64,000 nucleotides of DNA. Source: the human T2T-CHM13v2.0 reference genome, Homo sapiens. The notes beneath the pieces are model-generated. The model saw only the letters and a program-made list of their open reading frames with translations. It was not told the origin of the DNA and did not search any database. Shown here in pieces: positions 32,051 to 45,389 of the stretch. Position numbers and translations under genes: made by a program. The stretch lies in NCBI RefSeq assembly GCF_009914755.1, contig NC_060926.1; one strand, given 5' to 3'. Numbering within the stretch: position 1 is the first letter of the stretch; each line of letters starts with the position of its first letter.

Positions 32051-34263
32051 CTGCAAAGACACAGAGGACCCAGTCTGGGCAGGAGCCTGGTAGGAGGGCC
32101 AGGGTGGTACAGCATCTGCCCTAGGGGCCTGCTGGGCAGCTCCAGCTCTAAACCAGCTCCAAACCAGCTCCCCATGGGGGCTTCTAGAGGGACAGGCACC
32201 ATAGGGGGCTGAGGGCATTGTAGGGCAGTGGTTTTTTGGGGCAGATGCTGGCCAACAACAAAAGCATCTGTTGGCTACCCTAAAGTATTTGCTCTGTTTC
32301 TGCAAGCTGACCTGGCTCCAGCTTCCCCAGCTGTCAGAGAGAACTGGTCCTCCACTCGGCTTTCTTGATAAAGAACCAGGTGGGTAATTCCACAAGTGTA
32401 ATGGCCTCAGAATTGGGACAAAGGACTGGGATAAAGTGGCCACCTCCAGCTGGCAGGGCTGTGAGGGTTTAGGAAGAGGTTATTCATCTGGTATTGCCAG
32501 TAGCAGAACAAGGAACTTGGATGGCTGAATTGACCCATGGAAAAAAATGGAAGAATGAGTTATGGATCTCAATGGCTTTGAATCCTGCTTTCAGGACTAA
32601 AATTCTCTAGTTTTGGAACATCTACCCTCTCTGTAAACCTGTGTGACCCGGAGTCCTGAGGCATCAGGGTTATAAAGGCTCCTGCCTCCCTCTGTGGGCA
32701 GGAATGGAGAGTTTTCAGACTTTGCATGAAAAAAAAAAAGCCCCAAAAGAACAGAAAAGAAAGCACTGAGTGAGAGATGAGTTCCCCACAGACGCTACCA
32801 GCCATTTCCCTTGGGCTATCGTGGAGAACTTTGTTTCCACTCATTCTAACCCTAATTCGTATATAATTTATGTATCCCTGGGCTAGGGTTGGAGTTAGGA
32901 GAAATTTCCTAAGGTGAGCCAGGTGGCAGAGATGAAGAAATAAGCCTGTTGCTGGGCTTCTCTCTTGGTATCTGGTGGGCATTTCACGATTCCCATCCCA
33001 GCCCCTGTCTTGGCACTGTCCTGCAGTGAGAAGCTGCAAAGGTTACTGGAGCCCCTGAATCTTTGGACAGCAGGGCTAAGGAGGAGGCTCTGAGACCTTC
33101 CTGCCCAAGCTGCTTATGTTACAGGTGAAAACCGGGAGCCCAGAGCAGTGTGCCTGGGCACGAGGCCCTTCTGAGTTGCAGAGTCTGGGCTGGAAACAGT
33201 ACATCCCATGCCAGGGGGCTCTAAAGGCCTTGGTTCCAGAGCCATCAATGACTACTTTCTCACAGTCAGCCAGCCAGGTGGACTTGTCCTTGTCACTTCC
33301 CAGATAGGAGCATCCCCGGGCAATGGGATCAAGGCCTCTAGATCCCTCCAGCATGGGACAAGCTGGTCCCAACTTGGACCCTGCAACTCAGGAGGGCCCT
33401 AAGCCCAGGAAGCCAGCAGCCTGGCAGGAGTGAGAGCTTAGTCTCTGGCTCATGGATTCTGAACTTGGTCTCTGGCAGGGAGACCAAGGCTGGGAAGGGA
33501 CACAGGAGTTGGGACTGGCCGCCTCCCTGGAAATGAGAGATGCTGTCTAGGCACCTAGATCATTCCTGTTTCCAGACAATCTGCCAAAATTAGCTCTTAG
33601 GTCCCTCTGGGGAGGCCTGTGTGGGCCACCAGTCTTGTTCCTAAGTCCCTGTGACCCTCCTGGCCATAGACACAGGACAATGGAAGGATGGGGCAGCACA
33701 CACAGCTACTGGCCATGAGAAGCAAGGCTGGCAGCCCACTAGCTTGCTCCTGCTCCTCGAGGAGGGCCCTTCTGAGTGACAGAGCCTGGGCTGTGGCCCA
33801 GTCTGAACCAGAGCTACTTGTCTTCTCCCAGCAAACATGTTTTTCCAAGGCCCCTGGAAGCAGAATGGATACTGCTTGGTGGGGAGGGAAAGGCCAGCCC
33901 AGCTCAGACCTCAAACCTCACCACTCAGTGCTGCCTTGGTCCAGGAGAAGGATGTGAGCAGGTTGTGGCTACTGTCAACAAGCTGGGGCTCTAACGGGTG
34001 CCTCACTGTTACCAGAACCAGGGCCATGTGTTTCAGATGTCTCAATAGCCACAAACCAAAGGGACAGTTTGTTTATCTGTCCAAATCTTAGGCAACCTTG
34101 GAGGGTGTAAGTCTGGCTTCTTGCATCGACATGTAGCTACTGACCACAACCTTGCCAGAGGGGCCCATCCACTGACTGTCTCCACCATGAGTTAACCTAC
34201 ACTGAATTGAATGGCAGCCTTTAACTGTCCTGTGACTTCTTTGTGCATATCCAATTAGGTATA

Positions 34264-34343
34264 TTAGGTTGGTGCAAAAGTAATTGTGGTTTTGGCCTTA
34301 AAAAGTAATGGTGAAAACTGCAATTACTTTTGCACCAACCTAA
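34264..34343. mobile_element. MADE1 (Hsmar1-derived MITE), 80 bp, TA TSD, in TGFA intron 4
   Basis: ta|ttaggttggtgcaaaagtaattg...caattacttttgcaccaacctaa|ta palindrome. Confidence 0.95.
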
Positions 34344-35061
34344 TAAATCCCCTAAGACTCAGACTTTAGATATTTCCAGGGAATAAATCTGGCATAGTTC
34401 CAAATGCTAGGAATATTGCACTGTATTCCCAGGGTCTCTGACCCTGCACAGCAGTCCAGTCAGGAGATGTGGGCAAGCAAATGGGGCCAGGACACACCTG
34501 AAAAGGTCTCTCCTGGTCTAGGCCCCAGGGAGGCTTCCTGGAAGATACAACACAGCAACTGAGTTTTGGAGGATGAGGAGGGGCAGAGAAGTGGACAAAG
34601 AGGAAGGGCTGTGCAGAATGATGGTCATCAGCCTGTAACAGCAACAATGGCCCTCGACATGTATTTGCAAAGTGACTTCTGCAGAGAGGAAGTACTTCTG
34701 GTGCTGATGGAAGGAGGCTAGGAGCTGTCTCTAGTCCTCTCTGGAGCACCTGCCCATGTCATCACTATTCTGAAGACTCCAACAACCGTGGAAAGAACGA
34801 GCATGCCTTTGGTTCTGCACTGGCCTCCACAGTGCACCAACCCCCCAGCTGGGTATCCGCCCAGGATGCATGAGGCTTTCATGCAGCTTGGCTGCCACGC
34901 CATGCCAACAGTCATCAAAGTAGCATTTAGCTTTCCTGACAGCACTCAGACATCCCAGAAATAAGCTGTGCTGAGGTGGCCCTGTTATCTGGATATACTG
35001 CGGATGTCCCTGGTAGGGGAGGTGGGCAGGGGACCTGGCCTTAGGGGCAGCAAGTACTCAC

Positions 35062-35211
35062 TGTATCAGCACACATGTGATGATAAGGACAGCCAGGGCC
35101 ACGATGGAGACCACCACCAAGGCGGTGATGGCCTGCTTCTTCTGGCTGGCAGCCACCACGGCCAGGAGGTCCGCATGCTCACAGCGTGCACCAACGTACC
35201 CAGAATGGCAG
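35062..35211 (-). CDS. TGFA: TGFA exon 4 (150 bp): EGF domain end, juxtamembrane cleavage region, transmembrane helix
   Basis: Translates CHSGYVGARCEHADLLAVVAASQKKQAITALVVVSIVALAVLIITCVLI(H). Acceptor AG at 35213-35212, donor GTGAGT at 35061-35056; phase matches exon 3. Confidence 0.98.
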
Positions 35212-36229
35212 CTGGGGAAGAAAGGAACGTCAGTGCACTCTCCTGACAAAAGGTCTTGTTACCCTAGCTCTCCAGGGAGGGCTTTCCTGGAGGGACCCAG
35301 AGCCTGCAGGTAAAGCCCAAAGGGGCCCTGCCAGCTTTTGCAATTGGAGGGAAAGGTGTCAGCAAAATGCCTGTTTCCCTGTCGCAGGCACCGCTGCTTA
35401 TGTGGAGAAGGGAAGGGGAATCTAATCATCCTTATCATCTGCGGAGGCAAGCTACGGCTGAAGCAATCCATGACTATTGTGACTGTGCCAAATCCTGGAG
35501 GAATAAAGGCAGCACATGTGTTCATGACATAAGCCTCATGTTGGCAGTTCATAAAAAATCCAGGTTAGTTTTAAACCAAATGTGGTTTTCAGACTTTCTG
35601 GTGATGAGAAAGAAAACACCTGAAACCAGTGGAGACATTGGCTTGTGGTTTGCCTTTTTATCTTCTTCAAGTTTAGTTAGTTCTTCAAGTATTTACCAGG
35701 TTACTCAGCATGACTACCTGGTCATTGTAGGACTGGAGAAATCACTACTCTCCTGTGAACTCTGGTGTCCTCCTATCCATCAATACCTGGCCCACCTCCA
35801 CCCAGGCTTAGTAAAGGCACAAGCAAGGTCGTGTCTGAATGTGCGTGTAGCCTGTACAGTGTGGTGCTAATACCAGGTGATGTAATTCCTGGTATTGCTA
35901 CCATTCAGAGTCAGTCCTGGGCATCAAGATTTTTAAAGCTCCCAGCTGATTCCAGTGGGCAGGGGAGGGCGAGTCATTCAGAGGTTCTTTGGTATTAATC
36001 TTTCAATCACGGCCCCCTGCTATGCCCAGATGGGTCTCAAAAGTGCTTCGGGATGTGCCCTGGCCATAAGGATGGGATGGTCATTTTCTTTTACAGGCAT
36101 CCCCTCACCCTGAGCCACTAATCCCCCAAGCATGTGATTCTTCTTAATAAAAGATACTTAGCTTAGACACTGGTCCCTTTGTTACTTCGTTACTCCCTTT
36201 GTATAGAGTAACATTCTTATCGTCAATAG

Positions 36230-36607
<378 letters not shown>

Positions 36608-38849
36608 TAGATTTAAAGTTTTGTTTAGTTTTGTTTTTCCCCCAGACATGGCAGTGATAGCTAAACTTTTCTAAAGAGTTTATCTTTTGATTAATTAGCT
36701 AGCCTCTAACCTTCGCTTTTAGATTAAAAGGCCCTTGAAGACTAGGCACACTGAGAGGGGATCACAGAACTCTGAATAAGAACACTGACTTTCAACGGCT
36801 CAGGGGCTATGGGACAGGGGCAGGGTTTTTTTTGTTTGTTTGCTTGCTTTGATTTTAATAACAAAATTACATAAAGGCAAAGGTCAAGAAACAGCTCTCC
36901 CTGCAGGCACTGGCCCTTTCCTATGAGGCGGAGGCGAAGAGTGGGCTAGACTCCAGGCTGAGAGGTGATAAGCAACAGGCTTAGGCAGTGCATAAATCTA
37001 AGCCATCCATATCTCAAGAAAATCCTGCAAAGGGTCCCTCCCTCTAGCTCCTCCTCTCCTGCACCCAGATGGCTCTCCAACCTTCCAGATGGGGTCCCTG
37101 AATCGTGCACTTCCTCTGTGATATCTAGCCCTCTCTCCTGCAGGGCCCTAATCCACCCCTGTACTTTATCTCCCACCCACCTAGGTTCCAGCCAATCCAA
37201 GTTGTTGCCACTCCCCACCCCCAGCCCAGTGTTAAATCCACACACTGCACCTAGCACAGTTCCCAGCATGTGGGGACTCAGGACACACCTGCAGAATGAA
37301 TGAACAACTACCCTCCATTGTGCATCTCAACTCCGGCTACCTTTTCCACCTGGAATATCATTCCTCACTCTCCTCCTCAGGCTCCATCCCAAGGACCACA
37401 TTCTCCAGAAGGATGTAATTTACAGACTCGTTTACGTTCATTTTTGTCATCCATCCATCCATTCTTCCATAGCTCACTTGGATCTCCCTAACCTCTCCTC
37501 CCTGAACCCCCCAGGACTATGCCCACCTTTCTGACTGCTCTTCTCTGACCAGCTTCACTTCTGGTCCCAGCCTTCTTGCTCTTGCAGGGCAGGGCTTAGC
37601 TCTACAGAAACCTCCGGTGAACCACTGAACAGAATGGGGCCGGGGAGCCTGGGCTTTGGAATGGATTATCAGATTTGTAACCAGGAGTTGTGGACAAGCC
37701 AATGAGACTTCTATGCAAAGGGTTAGGGTTAGGGTTAGTGCTTCTTTCTCCCGGGGAAAGGTACCATAATGAGGATTTGCAGAGTCTTTTGTGAAAGTCT
37801 CAGCGTATAGGAAGGTGAGCAACCCATGACAATTTCACACAGCTTGAAACGTTTCTACTTCAACCAGCAGGCCCTGGGAAAGAGGGATTCTAGCACCTCA
37901 CCTATTATTTGGCACTAAAAACACTGCGATTTAACACATCAATACTGGAGACCCCAATACATTTCATTTAAATAAAATAGTGGCAGCCAAGTGCTAATTA
38001 CAACACATAACATTCACTGCAAGCATTAGGCTAAACTCCTACATGAATCATCTCTTTTAATCCCAGCAATCACAACTGACCTGTGAGGTTGCGACTATTA
38101 TTTACCTTGTTTGACAGATGAAGAAACAAAAGCTTCTAGAGGTTTGGGAACTAACAATCTCACCCAGTAAGGCTACCTTTCTGGGTTAATGCAGACTGGT
38201 TTGGAAGATACCCTGGGCTAGTGATTTAGTGACAAACACAAATCTGATCAGGCACAAGAGATGGGCTACTGATTGTCCTGGAGCGAGGTCTCCTTGCTCA
38301 GTGTGGCAAGGGGCAAAGGTGCCCCCAGACAGTGCCGTCTTAATGCACCAAGGGAGATAACCCCCTGGGGTGGGACACACCTTGCTGACTTTCCATGCTT
38401 TTTCTACCAGAGGAACATTTGCCATTCATGCATGCTGGCCCCTGCAAATCAGCTCTGCTTTAAAACCGCCCCAGCAGGAGCCCCAGCCCCTTAGGAAAGT
38501 CTTCATGCCAACAAGAATGCCTATCACTCTAGTGTTAATAGCTGCAAACGCTCAACTCCCAGTCCCACACAGTGAGGGAACCCAACATGCTTCTGAGCGA
38601 ACACTTCCCCAAGGTGGGAGGCACCTGGGTAACTGCCTCATCATTGGGACTCCAGGTCATGACCTAGAAGAGCTCCAAGAACAGTGCGTCTTAGCCCCAA
38701 GCAGCCCAGTGGGTCTCACCTACAGTTGGGACCTCCCCAATCAAAATCTCTCTGCAAATGGGGCCTGGGCATTTTAAAGAAAGGGCCAAAAGGTAATTCT
38801 GACACTGCCAGAGTTGAGAGCCACCATGAAGTTTTTAACAGAGAAACCA

Positions 38850-39015
38850 ACGTTTCTCAACTGTGGCTGCCTATTGAAATTGCATGCAGAGCTTTCAAAA
38901 ATCCTGATGTCCAGGCCACACCTTTAGATCAATTAAATCAGAATCTCTGGGAGTCAGTCCTGGGCATCAAGATTTTTAAAGCTCCTAGCTGATTCCAGTG
39001 GGCAGGGGAGGGCGA
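38850..39015. mobile_element. MER5-like hAT fragment
   Basis: tttctcaactgtggctgc...aattaaatcagaatctctggga...atttttaaagctcc..ctgattcc. Confidence 0.65.
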
Positions 39016-39562
39016 TCCTTTCTCTTCCTAGTTGTAATAATGGAAATGCTTCTCAGCTGCTCTTTATGACGGAAAAAGAAAAAGGTTTGGTGACATACTT
39101 TTTTTAAAAAAAAAACTTCCCAAGCTTCTACTAATATTAGACTTAATTATGCTGATTATTTTAGGCACAAGTCACAGAAGGAGTGGGAAGAGTCACCTCA
39201 CCTGGCTGCAAATGAATCACACTTGATCCAGCTGCTGTTCTCTCCTTTGCCTCAGGTAGGCGTTGGTTCTCACCTGGCTGCACATTCCACAGGGCTATGA
39301 GACAGTGGGTGCACTAGGACCAAGGGCACGTGTATTGGGCTCACACATTCTCAGCCTTTCAAGAACCAGATTCACCAAGTCCTATAACCTCTGTGCTCTG
39401 GGGGCTGGTGGGGAGAGGGCTGGAGTATGGTCAGCCCTACTTACATACTCCTTCCAGCAGGACCTCACAACATCCCTTGGCTGTGGTGATGGTGCCAACA
39501 GCGGCCACAATAGCAAACACTTGAGCTCATATGCTGTGCTGGGAACTGGGCTTGAATGTTCT

Positions 39563-39756
39563 CCAGTGCTGTCTAATAGAACTTCCCGTGATCATGACAG
39601 AGTCTATATCTGGGCAGATGAATACAGTAGCCACTAGCTACCCTGAGGTATTACATCCTTAAAATGTGGCTAGTGAGACTGAGAAACTAAATTTTAATCA
39701 ATTAATTTAAGTAGTCCCACTACTTAAGAGTCCAGTGGCTCTTGTCATAGGCAGCA
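39563..39756. mobile_element. MER3-like DNA transposon inserted in a MIR
   Basis: cagtgctgtctaatagaact...gtagccactagc...aaatgtggctagtgagactgag. Confidence 0.7.
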
Positions 39757-42700
39757 ATTGCTCTCTATATATTATCATCCCTGGGTCCCCATTACAATCC
39801 TATGAAGTATTAGTATCCTCATTTTGTGCACAAAGAAACAGAGGCTTAAAGGGGCCAAGTCACTTGTATGGGAGACTCAGCTGGACTTTACCTCGGTCTG
39901 CCTGACCTCCCATCCATGCCTTTAACTGTGCTGTCCTCCTGCCTGGTGTGTGACCCCCACTCTGGGAGGACCTGCACTTTCTCCAGACCTGTGGATGGCA
40001 GTGATGTCATCCTTCTTAACCCTACCCCCACCACCTGCTGATGGATCTATGTAAGGGGGCTCGAGTACCAACAAGAAAACTGCCCCCAATCCTAATCTCT
40101 GGGGAGGCGCCACCTTGGTCACACAGGCAGCCAGTTATGAACTGATGGTGGTCAGGTCTCTTCGGGTGTTTAACTCTGTTCAGATTCCACTGGAAGGGTC
40201 TGTGGCCAGGGCCAGGTGGAATGTTTCCCTTGGCTGACAGGAATTTGCTTTCATACTTTGCTGTGGGAAAGTTGTCAGGGAGTTGGGTCACCGAGGAGCA
40301 TTTGGGACAGGTGAGAAACTTCAAACTGGTTGCCAGGGGTAAACTTGTCACCTGGGTGTCTTCCTTCAACGGTTTTCCTTTGTTTGAAGGCTTCTGCAGG
40401 CAGCAGACCAATGGTGTGGGGAATCTGCCTCGGGGAAAAAGTGGTGAGAGTCCTAACCTTGCATTTCTATAGCTTTACTGTCTTTGCAAATTCTCTTCCC
40501 ATTAGTTTTCTGATGTGGTTGGGACTAGGGGATTTATTAAAGGGAGCTGTAAAATACCATCTAGGGTTCACTTGAAGCATAAATATGTAAGGCTAGTTTT
40601 CACCACCTTTGGCAGTCTGTGACTAGTTATTTGTTTAAACTTTTTTTTCTTTCCTTCATTTTATAGCGTGAGATGTCATTTTAGGTTCTCTGGAAACCTA
40701 AAGACTGTTGTTCTTATGGAGGATGGAGTTTAAGACTTACGATATTTTAGAAAGTGCTCCCTCTCTCGAGACTAGAATCCTGGCTCCCTGTGGGTTTGCT
40801 TGATGAGGCCATGATAGATGGGGCCTGACCTCAGGGTATGTCAGGCTTATTGACCAGGATGTGTGTGTCAGCTTCCCAGGGCCGGGCAAGTCACAGGAGC
40901 AGGGACAGAGTGTTCTACTTTCTCTGCATGCACTCAAGAGTTTCTGGTCTAGTGGGAATTCATTAATTAGAACATTCTTTTGGGTACTGTAAATACAAAA
41001 AGGGATAAGGTGTGGTTCTGTCTTCCCAGAGCTCACAAGCCATCAGGGGGTAAGGAGTGCCGTCAGAGGGGTCTGCAGAGGACCCTGTCCCAGGGCTGAA
41101 CACATGCAAGCCCCAAGGGGTCCCACGGATGGCAAAGTGAGCCAAGTGGCCTAGTGTAAGCAGAGCAGCAGGGCAACAGGTGACCAGGGACCAGTGTCAT
41201 GTTGCTGTCGGGAATTTTGGGGAGAGGTGGAGAATGAAGGGCTGGAGAGCGCGAGCCCTATCTGGGGCGGCACACCTGAGTGAGTCCGAGCTGAGGGGCT
41301 GTGTTTGGAAGTTCAGGCCCGGTGTTGCCATTCTGCTTATTCAAGAGGAGCTGGATGTCTGCATGGAAATGTGAAATCTGCCTTCTAAAATGCTGACAAC
41401 TGATTAAAGCCATCTAAGAACAGCGTGGCTCACTATGTGTTGCCATGTAAAGCATTTCTGCAGACTGAATACTGTCCCTGGGCCATCAAGATCCAGGGGG
41501 GAAACTGAGGTAAAGAGGTGTAATTGCTTGCATGGCCGTGCCTCCCCCAAGATGGTCAGCTTTTCCAAATGCGAGTGTGTCTCAGCTGTCTCTGTAGCCC
41601 CGCACTTGGCCCATAGGAAAAACTTGTTAAGAGTTTGTGGTCAGGGAACTGGGCTTGGGGATGACCCTGGCCTTTCTCAGGAGGAGGGTTAATTTGCAGG
41701 GGGAAAATGCCTGGAAGCAAAAGAGCTGAGTGGTTTGAGGTGAATTTTGCCAAGCAGAGGCACAGCACCCTCTGGGCAGCAGCTGGGAGCATGGGTTCTG
41801 GTGCTGGAATGATGGGACTGAACTCCACCTCTGCCGGTTACTAGCTCTGGGACTCTGGGCAAGTTGCTCAACTTCTCTGAACCCCAGCTTTCTCACTTAT
41901 ACAACAAGGGTAATAATCCCTACTTGAGAGGGGAGTTGTGAGGGATCCATGGTTGCGGTATGCAGAGTGCTGGGTACCATGCCTGCCATGAACTAAGCTT
42001 TTATTGAGCACTTACTATTATTATTAATAGTAACGTGTATGATGTGAATGTGGAGAGATGGCCAATCACCCTGATTAGCAAAGTGTAAGGGTGTGTGAAT
42101 GTGATGGACAGTTCCCTTGGGCCAAGAGCAAGGCTTGGGACTGAGGGGAATGGGAGAGCAGTCACCCACCCCAGCGTTCAGAAGGCTTCTAACAGCTGAA
42201 GAGGGGGCTCTTCTGCCACACAGGTGGCTGTGGCTTGGCTTGCCTGGCTGCCAGCTCTTGGAAAATTTACACCAGCCCTGATCTGGTGGGGAGGGCACCT
42301 GAGGAAGAAAAACTGAGCTTCTGACTCACTTTGGGTCAGAACTTGGTAAAGACCTGCCCTTTTTCTCCAAAGAGGATTCTCTCTACTCATAGCCCAGTGC
42401 ACAAGAGGCCCTGTATGCTTGATTCTGGGCCGAGCCCTGGACGTGGCTGGTGGGAGAGTACCTTCTGCCTGTTGTACAGGGAAGCTTTCTGATATCTGGG
42501 TCAAGAGGGCAAACTTCCTTCAGGGCCAGTGTTTTTCCACAATGACCAGGGCACTCATGAAAACAACCCCATCAGTCCCCCAGGGGCCCCTAGTATGTTA
42601 ATTATTAATAAGAATGATAATCATGAATAATGACAGTGTCTATCATCATCATCATCGTGCTTTGTATTAACAGGGTGTGGAGGCCTGTCATCTGGAGGAG

Positions 42701-43171
42701 TTTCTTAGCCCTGCGGTGTTCCGAGGAGGAGGGTGGCCAGTGTGCCTCTCCTTCTTTCTCTCCAGGTGAGGGCTCAGAGGCACCCTGAGGGGCCTGCCCA
42801 GACTCACACAGCTGCACCTCAGACAGAGGAAAGCCCTGACCACACCGCCTACTGCAGCAGGCTCTCCTGGTCCCCAGGCTCCTGGGCTGATGCATCTGAT
42901 GGCCTTAAGCATCATGGCTAAGAACTCAGCTTCAGGAGCCAAAGAGGCTGGCTTGAGTCCAGGCCCTGCTATGCGGGCTGGGTATAGCCTCTCTTTCTTC
43001 TTCATGGGGTCAGTATGATTAAATGAGTTAGCACACGGATTGTACTTCAAACAGTACTTGACATGAAGCCAAAACCTTAATAGGTGCCAGTTTTTATTAA
43101 TGATTAATATGAAACTGCCAATCCTCAACCATATTTTACCTACAAAAATGGCAATTTCATATGGATCCATG

Positions 43172-43370
43172 ACTCTTAACTGGGGGGCAATTTTGCCCTG
43201 CAGAGGACATTTGACAATGTCTGGAGATATTTTTGATTGGCACGGCCAGGGATAGTAGTGCTATTGGCATCTAGTAGATAGAGGCCAGGGATACCGCTGA
43301 CTTCCTTCAGTATACAGGTCAGTTTCCACAACAGAATGACCCAGCTCCAAATGTAATAGTGCCAAGGTTC
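43172..43370. mobile_element. MER20-like hAT element
   Basis: ggggcaattttgccc...gacatttgacaatgtctggaga...ggcatctagtagatagaggccagggat. Confidence 0.8.
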
Positions 43371-44338
43371 AATATAGGTCCCCCTAATAGTATTCTATTA
43401 TAGACAGACTGATTGTCTTTAAATATGTCTTTCTGAAACCCACATGGCTTCCATTGCCTAAAGAATAAAGACAGCTTTCAACAGGCTCTGGCCTCCACTT
43501 TGTCTCTAAGCTGGTCTCCTCTCTGTCTCCCTGGTGTAGCCACACTGATCTGCAGTAGCAGATCCCCTGAGCATGTGAGGCCTGGAACAACCTCTCTACT
43601 CCCCCTAACTGGTCTAACCCTAACACCTGCTCTGGGAAGCTTTCTTCGAGTGAATTTCTTCCCCAACCTGGCTGACTGTGGCAGTCGCTGTGGCTCTGAA
43701 CTAATGTGATTCCCAGGTCCCACTCCTGGAGATTCTGATTCCGTAGGTCAGAGCAGAGTTCAGTAATACTTCGAGAAGCCCCCCAAGGAGGATGATGCTC
43801 AGCCAGGTGTGGAGACCACCATGCATGTCCTGCATCTTTATTTCTAAGTCGCTTCTGGTTCTGTTACCATTTATGTACACTAGCCCTTCGCCTGCACTTC
43901 TGGCTTGTTTTATGAGCTGGATTGTGAAGATGCTAGAGGGCAGAGACCACATCTTAGAGACTTTGGCCACTCAAAGTTATCCATCCCAGTGCCTTGTGCT
44001 CCAGAAATTCTAAGTTGTGAATTAAATTTGAATCCAAGAATTTTCAGACTTTGCTAAACCCATGAGTGACCTGAGATGCTTGTTAAAAATGCAGGGCCCC
44101 AGGCTTGAACTTCCCGGGGTTCTGCCTCAGTGGCTGTGGGCTGGGGGCCTTGGAACCTGGATTTTTAGACATCTGGTTTTGAAAAAGGTGTCCCTCAGCC
44201 CCACTGTTCCAATCCTCTGACACATCTGGCTCCAGGGGTCTCGGAGCCTCTGGCAAGTCTTATGGAGGTAAATGCTCTTCTAATTGGATATTGGACTGAC
44301 CCCAGCCCCAGATCTCCAGGAGAACAGGGGATACTTAC

Positions 44339-44459
44339 ACACATGCTGGCTTGTCCTCCTGCACCAAAAACCTGCAGGTTCCATGGAAGCAGAACTGAGT
44401 GTGGGAATCTGGGCAGTCATTAAAATGGGACACCACTGCTGCAGCCACGGGCGGGTCTG
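44339..44459 (-). CDS. TGFA: TGFA exon 3 (121 bp): end of pro-region and first four Cys of the EGF domain
   Basis: Minus strand translates [41 protein letters not shown], matching pro-TGF-alpha. Acceptor is pyrimidine tract + CAG (tandem CAGCAG); donor is GTAAGT (plus atacttac 44331-44338). Confidence 0.98.
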
Positions 44460-44957
44460 CTGGGGAGAGGAAAGATGCAGGGCTCAGATCCAGGAACAGC
44501 TGACATGCAAACCCCACACCTCCCACCCTACCAGTCAAGAAGGTGGAGCCCCTGATGGCTGGGACTTTGGGTTCTCACCTGGGGCACACCCTCCTCAGCT
44601 CTCACTTACTTTCTAAAGCCTAAGACAGGCCTAGAGCTCCTGTATAGCGTGCTTTCCAGCTTTTTGTTTTTGTAGACAGCAAAACAAATTTCCCCTCAAA
44701 CTAACGTAATTCAAAGACAACAGAGCAATTTTACTATTTCAACACAAGAGCTACCTAATTTCACTTTTGCAAAGTGACAGTGATTTTTTTTTAGATAGCT
44801 GTCATAAGAATCTGTTTTGAAAGCAAGAGAATGGAAAGGTACAAAAGAATATTCTGTAACCATTAAATTGATGCAGAAGCAGAAGAGTTAATGATGCAAA
44901 AAGGTGCTTATGATATACAGTAAGTTAAGTAAATGGGTTTCCAGTATTGTCTGTATA

Positions 44958-45283
44958 GCGGTGGCTCACGCCTGTAATCCCAGCACTCTGGGAGGCCGAG
45001 GCAGACGGATCATGAGGTCAGGAGATCGAGACCATCCTGGCTAACACGGTGACACCCGTCTCTACTAAAAATACAAAAAATTAGCCGGGCGAGGTGACGG
45101 GCGACTGTAGTCCCAGCTACTTGGGAGGCTGAGGCAGGAGAATGGCGAGAACCCCGGGGGGCGGAGCCTGCAGTGAGCCGAGATTGTGCCACTGCACTCT
45201 GCACTCCAGCCTGGGCGACAGCAAGACTCTGTCTCAAAAAAAACCAAAAAAACAAACAAACAAAAAAACCAAAAAAACCCAAC
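44958..45283 (+). mobile_element. Young AluY-class element (AluYh-like)
   Basis: gatcgagaccatcctggctaacacggtg and ccccggggggcggagcctgcag; CpG-rich. Confidence 0.85.
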
Positions 45284-45389
45284 ACAAATAGAAATTAGAC
45301 ATGAAGGAGTCTGGGAAGGACATACACTAAGATGGTAGCAGGGCTTCTCTTGGTAGGATTAGGAGTGATAAGGCTATAAAGATTACTTA

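Noticed and set aside
35367-35870. 167-aa ORF antisense to TGFA intron 3, and similar 100-160 aa intronic ORFs
   Set aside because: No motifs or splice support; expected by chance. Alu-derived ORFs are also translation artefacts.
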